64,000 nt of DNA from Blasia pusilla (lineage: Eukaryota), in contig CM114271.1 of NCBI GenBank assembly GCA_050084515.1, forward strand, positions 21,452,001 through 21,516,000. Direction: 5' to 3'. How positions within the stretch are numbered: position 1 is the stretch's first letter; each line of letters opens with the position of its first letter. Below are positions 24,728 through 35,289 of this stretch, piece after piece. A model generated the notes under the pieces. It worked only from the letters and a program-made list of their open reading frames with translations. It had not been told where the DNA came from and did not search any database. A program made the translations under genes and the position numbers.

Positions 24728-25680
24728 GATGTTAGGGTGTTAGATCTCTTTGGAGGGATAAGCACCGGATTGGTTGCACTATTGCAGGCAGGCATAAGGG
24801 TGCATCAGTACGTTTATGTGGAGAGATATGAGACCGCGCGGCGAGTATCATTACGTCACATGGCGAGATTGGTCCAGAGGTATCTTGAGTTGTTGCGGTA
24901 TCGTAACGGGGATATCAAAGATACGCTACCCGCCGACATCTCTTTGGTGGGGGCGTAGGATGGATAGAGTTGGCACCATTCATTTGGTGATTGCTGGATG
25001 GCCATGTCAGGGTCATTCATCAACTGGCCGAGGATTTGGATTGCAGGATCCGAGGTCAGGGATGTTTTGGGAGATGCTGCGAGTATTACAACACTTGCAG
25101 GAGAGTCAGATATGTTCTCCAGCGTACATTTTGGAGAGCGTGCCGTTGTTGGGAGACACTCGTGCACGTGTGATGACGAGTGTACATCAGGTGAGGTCCT
25201 GGTTGGGACCTGTGGTGTTGTTAGATGCAGCGAGAGTTGGGTCACGTGCCCATCGTCCACGATTGTGATGGACGAACCTGATACCATCGAGGTCTTGAGT
25301 CGAGCAGCATACGGTGGAGTCTAGAGAGCACCACATCTCATAGTGGATGCTATTTTGGGCTCAGGGCGTCAATCTAAGGTGGTGACACGGGATGATAGAC
25401 CACCGTTGGCCATGGCCAATAGGGTGGGGGAGTTGAGGGCAGCCTTACCTACGTTGGTGAGCTTCCCAGCATCCCATGCCTTTTGTCAGGGAGGGCCAGG
25501 CATGATTTGGGATGAGGTGACCGGAGCATTGGAGGAGCCTACAGCACATGAGCGCGAGCGCGCCATGGGGTTCACTACCGGTACTACGGCGGTGCTAGGG
25601 ATGACTGAGGCATCACGGAGATAGGTGTTGGGGCAGGCAATGGACCTCAACTGTCTCACATGGATAGTCAGCCTAGGTAT
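24728..25680 (+). pseudogene. DNMT3-like DNA cytosine-5 methyltransferase domain within pol
   Basis: Motif I VRVLDLFGGISTGL, II YVYVE, IV AGWPCQGHS (PC at 25002-25007), V DPRSGMFWEM, VI YILESVP, VII/VIII DAARVGSRAHRPRL*WTNL, IX ERERAMGF and X VLGQAMD, all in canonical order. Confidence 0.92.
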
Positions 25681-26099
25681 GGCTGAGCAGAGACGGATGC
25701 GAGTGTCATCCATGCCGTCACGTCCACGAGTTGGACCATTGCCTACCGGGTCTGTACAGGCATTGGCTGGGGGCAAGACGAGGAGAGATAGGCACCCATG
25801 GACTTCTTGGGACGTCGTTCAAGCAGAGAGTGTGAAGGCGGCTAGAGTAGCACATGTTCATTTTTCGGATGTGGAGCATGGTATAGGAGGTCAGAGTGGA
25901 GTGGCTGTTGCGGAGGTGGCTAGGGTTGCTACATAGCATCCAAAGCCAGAGGTTGCGTCCTCTCCGAGTGAGGTCACGATGGAGACTTGGGAGCTTGTGA
26001 TAGGTCTCAAGTTGATAGGAGGAGAGCGACGGCGAGTTCATAGGTTTCTGAGGGGGCATGTCACTTGTTTTGCCTTCAGTATGAGAGACTTGGGTACGC

Positions 26100-27420
26100 T
26101 GAAGGGTCCCGGGATACGGATTGAGTTGGCTAGTGATACGCCGATCTTTCGTCAACCCTACAGGTATTTTGATATGGAGCGAGCCTTGATTCAGAGCAAA
26201 AGTCAAGACTTGTTGAGGCGGGACTTGTGGAGTTATCACATGGGGAGTATGCATCTGCCACAGTCATGCCGGCGAAGAAGGATATGTATGGCAATTGGAC
26301 GGATAGGCGGATGTGTGGAGATTACCGTCCTATCAACCGACAGACGAGGTCAGATCGGTGTGCCATGCCTACTCCTGAGGAGATCTTTGATGCGGTAGGG
26401 CATGCAAAGATCTTTAGTACTTTAGATCTCCGTGTTGGCTATCATCAGCTTCCTATCAGGTTGGAGGACAGGGAGAAGAAACTGACGTGCAGGGGATAGA
26501 TCGGTTCGGGAGAGATTGCTTGTATCAGTGGCGGTTCTTACCATTTGGGTTGAAGAACGCGCCTGTAGAGTTTTAGAGAGTGATGGATAGGATTCTAGCT
26601 GGCTTGGATTTTGTACGATGTTACATAGATGATATTCTTATCTTCAATTCCACGGTTGAGGAGCATGAGCGACACTTGGAGGTGTTTCGGAGATTACAGT
26701 TACATGGACTGAAGTTACATCCAGGCAAGTGCAGATTCTTTCGGGAGCAGATTGAGTACTTGGGACACACCATATACCCGAGTGGGTTAGGCGTTTAGCA
26801 GACGAAGGTAGAGGCTATTGCGTAGATTCCACGCCCTACAGATGTGAGTCGAGTCCGAGCATTTCTTGGACTGGCGAACTTCTATCGACGGTATGTCAAG
26901 GGTTTTAGTGCGATCGCAAAGTCTTTGACCTTGTTGACGAGACTTGATCAGGTGTGGTTGTGGGGAGATGATCAGGAGCGAGCATTTCAGGAGCTCAAGG
27001 ACAGGTTGACGTCCTCACCCATTTTACAGAGACCGGTTAGGGGTCAACCATTCCAGTTACATACCGATTGGAGCATGTTGGGTCTACGAGCAATGCTTAC
27101 TCAGAGGGATGACGAGGAGAGGGAGTTTGTTGTGGCTTACGCGAGCCGATTGAACAACATTGTAGAGGCGAAGTACAGCTCCTACGAGGGAGAGTGCTTG
27201 GCTGCAGTGTGGGCCGTGGCACATTTTAGGTGTTATTTATTCGGCAACCCTTTCACACTTATCAGTGATCATCAGCCATTGAGGTGGTTGATGGAGTCCG
27301 ACAAGCTTACGGGAAAGCTTGCCATGTGGGCTCTATTACCACATGAGTATGAGTTTGAGGTGGTTCATAGGCCAGGTCAGTTGAACCAGGATGCGGATGG
27401 GTTGAGTCGTAACCCATGTC
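26100..27420 (+). pseudogene. Gypsy reverse transcriptase and RNase H
   Basis: RMCGDYRPIN, STLDLRVGYHQL, LPFGLKNAP, YIDD (26622), FLGLANFYRRYV, LHTDWS, YEGECLAAVWA, SDHQPL, DADGLSR. Confidence 0.97.
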
Positions 27421-27799
27421 CGAGTCAGAGAGACGACACAGGAGCTCGATGGCACGGAGAGAGTGATGAGGAGATGGTGCCCGGTTGGCATGCATCTACC
27501 TATCTTTGTTGGTTGACTATGGCATGTCAGCCACAGGTGATGACTCCAGTGGTGGGGTTGGATGATGAGTCTTTGGATCCGGAGGTTAGTGAGGAGGCGA
27601 CATGTGGTCGTGATATCCATGACGACGTGGAGGTTGTGGAGTTCTTGCGCATTGGCGTCATTGCAAGTACAGTGAGTGCTAGGGAGCGGGATCGGATCCT
27701 ACAGAGAGCCAAGAGGTTCAAGTGGGAGGGGACTCACATTTTGCGGGTATGGGGAGATGGTAGGATACGAGTGATACCTCATTCTTCCCAGCGAGCATG

Positions 27800-28706
27800 T
27801 GTAGTGCAACATGCCCATGAGGAGTTGGGACATTTCGGAGTAAAGCGTACTTACAGCTTACTCCAGGTTCAGTATTGGTGGCACGGCATGCATACTCGGG
27901 TACAACAGTTTGTGGCCACACGTATGGTATGTGATAGAGTGCGAGCATCCTTCAATGCTCCCACTCCGCAGTTACATCCTTTGCCGATTATGGGTTTAGG
28001 TTATCGGTGGAGTTTAGACTTTGCGGGACCTTTGCCATTGACAGGGCGTCATCATAGGTACGTGTTGGTCATGGGGGAGCATTTCTCCAAGTGGATAGAG
28101 TTGGTGGCACTACCAGACAAGGCGAGCGAGGGAACACCTTATGCGTTCCTAGATCGTGTGCTTAGTCACTTTGGTGCACTGGCGGAGGTGTTGACTCACA
28201 AGGGTACCAAGTTCAGGGGAGAGTTTTAGGCCTTGTGTGATCAGGCGCTGATAGATCACCGCACCACGTCCAGAGATCATCCTGAGGCGGATGGGTTGGC
28301 GGAGAGAGTGGTACAGACGGTGAAGAGAGGATCGCGCAAGTATGGCTTGCAGCGGGGACAGTTGAGGGAGTGGGACCTACAGTTGTTATGGTTGGCTATG
28401 GGTTATCGCTTTAGTCGGCAGGCATCCTTGGCGTCATTTTCATCATACTTTTTGCTCTTTGGGAGAGAGCCAGATTTACTTGCAGCAATTTGACGTGACA
28501 TGGCGGAGGTGTTAGATCTTGATGATCCAGATGTGTGGGTACAAGCATGTTCTCAGAGGGCAGAAGTTTTTCGTAGAGTTATGCCTATGGCCTTTGAGAA
28601 CTTAGCTATTGCCCAACATAGAGATACATTGAGGTACGCGACCATTCGTGGAGGAGGTTATCGTCCAGGGATTATGAGGTTTCATCCTGGAGATTACGTG
28701 TATTAA
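27800..28706 (+). pseudogene. Retroviral-type DDE integrase (HHCC-like zinc region + rve core)
   Basis: HAHEELGHFG...WW; WSLDFAGPLP; EHFSKWIE; HRTTSRDHPEADGLAERVVQTVK. Confidence 0.95.
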
Positions 28707-28910
28707 CAGCACGCGGCACCCACGACGCTAGATGTCACTATAGGGCGCACGATCCTACGTGTGTACGAGGTATTACCGATTGGAGTCCTCATGTTGGAGG
28801 GACGGGATGGTATGGTTTGGAAGGATCATATGCACAATTGTGCGCCATATCATCTTCCGAACGTAGATGGGACGGTGGATCCGAGCTTGGCAGTGGTACC
28901 TGCAGGCTTG

Positions 28911-29054
28911 AGGTGTATGTTGTGCGGATCTGCGAGGGATGCAGCCACCATGTTGGTATGTGATGGTTGTTCTCGAGGGTGGCATATGTCATGTCTGACC
29001 TCCCCTCTTGATGTGGTTCCCACAGGACGATGGATGTGTCCGAGATGTGTATAG
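28911..29054 (+). pseudogene. PHD finger at the C-terminus of pol
   Basis: RCMLCGSARDAATMLVCDGCSRGWHMSCLTSPLDVVPTGRWMCPRC, an intact C4HC3 pattern with terminal W-x-C-x2-C. Confidence 0.93.
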
Positions 29055-29121
29055 GGTAGTAGGTCATCTTAGAGAGATGTGATATTTTCTATCTGGAGTT
29101 GGGGGGATCCAACTGCCAGCT

Positions 29122-29131
29122 AGGGGGACGG
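29122..29131 (+). promoter_or_regulatory. Polypurine-tract-like sequence preceding repeat B1
   Basis: AGGGGGACGG immediately before TTGTGTG; no comparable tract precedes A2. Confidence 0.6.
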
Positions 29132-29268
29132 TTGTGTGATCACCATATATATGTATGAGTTGATTTTTGTACATTTGTGGATCAACCCGTGTGTGGGGAA
29201 GATCGATGTTGTGTGGTGTAGATGTGACCAGCGATGTATGTTGTGTAGCGATATGTATGCGCATGACA
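29131..29268 (+). repeat. Repeat B1 (138 bp)
   Basis: Direct repeat of 29753-29890, about 8 substitutions by manual comparison. Confidence 0.93.
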
Positions 29269-29270
29269 GT

Positions 29271-29752
29271 TGTCACATCTGAGTAGCCGATAGGCCGAGA
29301 TCTATCGTGGATAGGGCGTAGGAGCCAACGGACTATCTTGAGTGTACCTTTGTCCCACTGTGTCAGATGAGGTTGAGGATAGGTCCATTGTGTCAGGAAC
29401 GTCGTTTCTGACAACTTTCATGTTGAGGTCTTTTACTGCCGGATGACTTGTTGACCAGGTCAACCGCCCCAGTAACTGTCTGTGTCTTGAAGAGTTACCA
29501 AGGGAGGGCTATTTTTAGGGAAGAGCCTTTTGGCTCTTCCCAACCCTATATAAGAGAGGAAGATGGCTTTCCTAAGCCATCTTTCTCATGTTGGGCCGTT
29601 GGAGCACCTCCCTTGTATGTGTGTGAGCTAGGACTAGGGTGATATCGTCCGGATTCCTTGATAGCACAGGGTGGACGAGGCTCGATATGCCGATGTAGAT
29701 TGAGGAGTGGAGTTTTAGGCCGGGTGTGCCATTTTTACTAGTCTTTATTTTT
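29271..29752 (+). repeat. Repeat A2
   Basis: Direct repeat of 20192-20671; lacks the terminal ACA and runs straight into B2. Confidence 0.93.
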
Positions 29753-29890
29753 GTTGTGTAATCTCCATGTATATGTATGAGTTGATTTTTGTACATGTGT
29801 GGATCGACCCGTGTGTGGGGAAGATCGGTGTTGTGTGGTGTAGATGTGACCAGCGATGTATGTTGTGTAGCGATATGTATGCGAACGACA
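29753..29890 (+). repeat. Repeat B2, the right terminus of the element
   Basis: Ends GCGAACGACA, followed by the AATG TSD. Confidence 0.9.
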
Positions 29891-30829
29891 AATGAGAAGG
29901 AAGCAAAAAGAGAGTAGATTGATACACACCAATTTAATCCAAAAAATGAGGGAAAAACTGTATCCCAAAATACTACATCAAGATCCATGGTTCAAACAAA
30001 CACAAGAGATCATATTTTGTGCTTGATAAACCCCCTTAAGATGACCTAGGTAGAAAATGACGTTTACTTGTAGGGGCTATAAATACTTTGATTTCGGGAT
30101 GAGTTTTTTGAGTTTGGATTTTTAATGATATGATGTATAGCATGATAGTATTTACTAATAGTTTTGTTGGGAAAACCTTGTGTGATAGGTTTTATTCCAA
30201 AAAAACTTTAAATTAGGAGGATTCGACATAAAATAGTTGTTCCATTCTTAATTCTAGCTTAGACTCAACTTGTTTGACCCTCAAGATTTATTTATTTTTC
30301 CATTTAGGTCAAGAATTTTCAAAGTTCTTGGGATCTTGGACTTTCTCCTTTCGTGAGACTCACTGTGCTCATGGATCCCTAGACACAATTCCACACATTA
30401 CATTCTTTTTATGGAATGACCGTCATTTACAATTAAAACAAAGGATTCCTCTTACTTTTCTCAATCTTTTGGTATGTAATCCCCCAAAAATTACTCATTC
30501 ATCCCTTTATGTTAATCAATAGTGGGTAACTTTCACTTTCTCCACATACCCTCTTTTACGTATTTACAATTTTCTCGGTTAGTTTCTCCTCAAGTCTCCG
30601 ATTGGGGTGTGTTTGGTTTTGTTACAATTATCTTAGGGAGTTAGTTCTTTTCATATCATTTCTTCCTTATTTTTTGGTGCAGATATGTTTATTTCTCCCA
30701 CACATCTTTCTTATTTTTCAACATGTTACCTCATTCTTTTACCCTTGCAATCCTTATTAATAGTTGCTTGGCTTGGAGATGTCTTTTCCTACCTCCAATT
30801 ACTCCTCAATATCCATGAGTGATGGACTA

Positions 30830-30967
<138 letters not shown>

Positions 30968-31899
30968 ACATGTTTCGTGACCCGCGGCAGACCAGCATGG
31001 CGGGCTTCATCCCCATTGGGCGGGCTAGAAGCCCGCAATGGGCCCGCATAGAGCCCCCCCAAAGCCCGCATATATGGCCCTGCATTTGGTGCTTGAGGAC
31101 CACATCTTGCAAGCCCTGCTCAAGCCTGAGCCTGCCCAATGGGAGCCTATCGCGTGCTGTGGTGGACCATGCAACGGGTGCGGGCTTTGTAAGCCTGAAT
31201 CTACGCGGCAGACTCATGTGCGGGCTACAAGTACATGTAGCCCGCACATGACCCTATGGACGAACATAAGTCCGCAGACACGGAATTTGTCCGTGTGCAA
31301 CCTTGTAAGAGGGATATTCAAGAGAAGACTCTTCCTCAATACATGTCTTCTTCTAAATCAAGCAATCCCTTTTACTCTTCATAAGTTCTTGGAGGGAGTT
31401 CTTGCACATGAGACAAGCCACTATTGCATGTACTATCAAAAGATGAGAAATTGGGTTCTTCTCACTATCTTTTTGCTTCTTGTCTAGACTAGGATGTTAT
31501 TGCAAAGTAATTTAACTGAAATTTGTCACTTTAGCATTCGAAAGAAAAAAATTCAAAGTATTGTTACATAAATAAGTATTTTTCCTTTCAATTCCAACAC
31601 ATAAAGAATGAAAAGACTAAGAGATTCTTCACTCGTCTTGTTGTATCTCTTCATTTTAAAGCGGATCTGCCTTTGGCTAGTCAAACATGTTCATAGTCAT
31701 ATGGGGGAAATTGTTTGGGTGTTGCATCAAAGTTAGGATCCAACTCATTGTTATTGTTGAACCCTTTCTCATCATCATTTGATGAGTCCTTTGACGTAAA
31801 TGTTTTATTTACAACACTTCAAGTATATGTGCCTTTTGTGTAGATGAACAAGTACCCTTGCAAGTTCTTGTACTCATTTGTAAAATCCGCGCCTATGAT

Positions 31900-33900
31900 T
31901 AATACACAACTTTCCATCCCAACCTATCTTTTACATGTACATAAAAAAACTTGCTCCAATTGGCTAGGAAAAACAAAAGCATCAGAATTTAATGGTAAAA
32001 ATTTTAATATCTAAATTTGGCTAGCAAAAATCCATCATAAATAGCTCACCATAAAGCATTTTGGGTTCTTGAGCCCCCATCTAGATTGAACCCATTTTCC
32101 TCTCATTTAGATAATTGATTGCTCTAGGTTTATTTAATCCAACATTAGAATATGTGACAAGAGCCCAAGAGAATGGCACTGATGGTCCTCAAGAACCTCA
32201 TGCGCTAAATAGGATAGAAAGATTGATCCAATCCTCGAATCAAATGTAGTGTAATCACTCCCAACATCTACCTTAAAGTGGTTTCCGCAAACCTATATCT
32301 TTTTGTATGACATGTAAGACCAAGAAGGTGGGTAATTGTTTTTTACAACTATGTCTTTTGGATCAATATATATCATGGCTCTAAGCCATCAATTCTTTGA
32401 TCTTTGGATAGGTCCACTAAGAGAATGTGGAATCCCCATTCCCCTCCTCTCTACACTTCTTACACAGAGACTATTGATGATAAACTTCTAATGTTTTCAT
32501 CCTTCAACATCCAAAATAGGTAGCTACTTCTTTATGCCCAAAAAATTTGTAAAAATACAAAGGAGAAGAGGAAACTCATTGGAAAATGATTCTATAAGAC
32601 TTACTCCAACGACATACTAAAACATTGACTATTTTGGATCATATGTGCATATGCCACTCCGAGAAGTTCAAGGCTTTATTTGACGCTTGATCCCAACACC
32701 TTCTAACACTTTGTTAATAACTTCTTCATCTTAATCACATCCCAAACTCTTGTTTGTATGACATCATAGTCTTGCATGTACTTGTTGATGAAACCAAGAG
32801 CTTTGTCAATTAAATGTCCTTCGACCATATAACCTTTTCTTTTGGGGCGTAATCTAATATAATTCTTCAACACACCCAACTAAAGTACCTCTCCATGAGG
32901 TTCATACACCGCCTTTTACCTCTTCAAGGGGTAAGTGTATAATATGCCTTTGGTTTTAACTTAATGGACATTCTATGACGTTTGGTGTGAAGTTGTAAGT
33001 GATGTTTGATTCTTCTAACTACCATGTTTTGCTTAACTGGAGATGAGTCCTTATTTTTCAAACCAATTTTTTTTCAATATATGGTCCACAAAAATTTTCT
33101 CACAAGCATGTATAATGTCAAGGGTATGAAGGATTAATCAATCTTATAAAATAGTGAAGAGGGAAAAGTCCAAATTTTGGGTTCACGGACTCTTCGAGAA
33201 AACCATCAACGGCTCGCCTTCCAATAAGGTAGCTCAAATAGAATGCTCTTTGGTTGGACCTTATACACTTTGTAGGGGTCATTAATAACTTAATCATCCC
33301 TCCTTTGTCTAGTGGCTTTTCTTGTTTCATAAAAAATCTTCTTCATTTCAGTCCACCTCAATATGTTCTCAGTTGTAAAGTGTAGGCATCAAATTCTTGG
33401 ATGAATTTGAATCCTTCAATTGAGAAGATGTGCCAATTGGGTCGTCATGTAAGGGTGATTCCTATCTTGGTATCGTCAATGATCTTGAAATATTGGCTTG
33501 TGCAAAATTTTAGAGAAATATGGATCTACCACATCTATACATGCATTTTTCTGTAAAGATGAAAAACCATTTTTCATTTCTTAAGGAAAGTGTCTCTTTT
33601 TATTAAAGGGGAGTTGCACTTTGACCAATTCAAAAAAGTCCTTATGCTCTTCATCGATGAGCATACAACCATTGGGGCAAAAATAGTTTTGAGTATAATT
33701 CAATCTCAACTTAGGTATCAACCTTTTTGCAGCACACTGATTTCTTAGAACCACATTTTTGTAGGGCAAGATTTATATGGCTAAGAATTTTAAGATATCG
33801 TTGACAACTATGTTTGGGACATTTTGAGCATCACATATGTTTAAGAATAACATAGTGAATGCAAGTTTGTTTATTTTAGAACTTGTAAATAAGGGTTGAC
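31900..33900 (-). pseudogene. Decayed CACTA/EnSpm transposase fragments
   Basis: Minus-strand relics AKRLIPKLRLNY..YFCPNGCML (~33660-33735), MERY..GVLKNYIR..GYMVEG..ALGF (~32790-32900) and DAFVFPSQLEQVFF (~31945-31985); termini not identified. Confidence 0.65.
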
Positions 33901-35289
33901 ATGTGTTACCAATATGCATTGACATTATTAGAGTTATCCAACGGCACAATATGTTATCTCTACCAAGTTCAATATCTAAGTAGAAACAAATGTAACTAGA
34001 CAGAAAAAGAGGTTAGGACAAGAGAGAGGAAGAGCAAGGGAGATGAGTTTGTGCAAGTTTATGTAAGAGAGGATGGAAACATGGGAAATCAGATTCCTCC
34101 CTTTTTCCCCATCCACCTCCTCTTAAGATTAATATTAAAAAATTAATAACTACTAAACACAAATAAAGTCTTTAAGTTATTGTTGTCACATAAATGGCAA
34201 TTCCTCACACACCCCTTTTTCAAAAATCCTAACATCATAATCAACTCCTTTTTCAACAATCCTATCCCAGTTTTCAACCACCCTTCCATACCCACCATAG
34301 CCCAGGCCCATCCTTCCACCCATACAAGGCACTCCTTCACCACTTGCCCTTCTCTTTTGTCATGGGATTCCTTCCTTTGTCGATTTCTCCCATGCCATCC
34401 TCCTTTTCCTCCTTCCCCTCCTTCGCTCTGCTATGCCCTCCACCTTGCCATCCAACCCATCCCCTCATTGCACTCCATAGCTCTTCCATCCTCGCTCCCA
34501 TGTCTCGTGAAGTGTGCGTAAAAGTCACTTGAATACTTTTTTTCAATGTGCTCATGTCTTGATTTCCGCCTACTTTGACAATGAAGACATGAAATTTTCA
34601 CAAAAGGTGAAATGGTCCACGTTTAAGAGTGTGAAATGGGCCAAATAGATACTTATGCATACGAGTGTGGGCTTAAGGCGGGCCTAGATGAATGAGAGTG
34701 CTTTCTCAGATTTTTTTCACCTCTAAGAAAAAAAATTGTCACTCGAAGGAGATTGATGCTAGAGCTTCAATTAGATGGATTTAAAAAAAATTAACATCAT
34801 GGTCGTTATAATTCTCTTGAAAATTAATATTGATTAAATATTTATTACTACTTTCTATGATGTCTTTTTCAGGGGCTCGGGAAAGTACCTCTCAAGTTCA
34901 TCAAATAGTACGTATGAGAGGATTAATGTCAGAGAGTTTTTCATTATATACTTTGTGAACAAAGTATATAAACGACCGCTATAACCCCATATCTACCTAC
35001 TTTTGTTAACAAAATGTAGAAAATAAGCTCCATTTTTTCTACATGTTGGGGATTCTCCATAACGCGCTTAAACCCCCATGGGCTTAAGCGCTTTATTTTT
35101 TTCCGAGTGAGTAGAGGTAGTGCGGAGGAATTAGTTTTGAAGTGAGTAGAACGCGTAGAAGAACGCGCAGCAATTCCCAGTTTTCTTTGTTGTGTGCAAT
35201 GGTTGCTGCACGGTCGAAGCGTACTCGATGATGCTGTACCCAGGATCAGGATAAAGTACATTCGGAGAGCCCCGGAATACGGTTTGCTC

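Larger units (their letters stand above)
20192..29890 (+). mobile_element. Ty3/Gypsy retrotransposon with DNMT3-like methyltransferase and PHD finger; split direct repeats A1-internal-B1-A2-B2; degenerate
   Basis: Starts TGTCAC, ends CGACA, flanked by AATG (20188-20191 and 29891-29894). Domain order gag-PR-DNMT-RT-RNaseH-INT-PHD. Many stops and frameshifts. Confidence 0.92.

Noticed and set aside
24728-25680. Bacterial restriction-modification methyltransferase or contamination
   Set aside because: Embedded colinearly in a Gypsy pol, motifs are DNMT3-like, and the flanks are spliced plant genes
20192-29890. DIRS/PAT/Ngaro tyrosine-recombinase element, suggested by the split repeats and a methyltransferase
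   Set aside because: No tyrosine recombinase motifs seen; it has an aspartic protease, a DDE integrase and a TSD, and the MTase is C5-type
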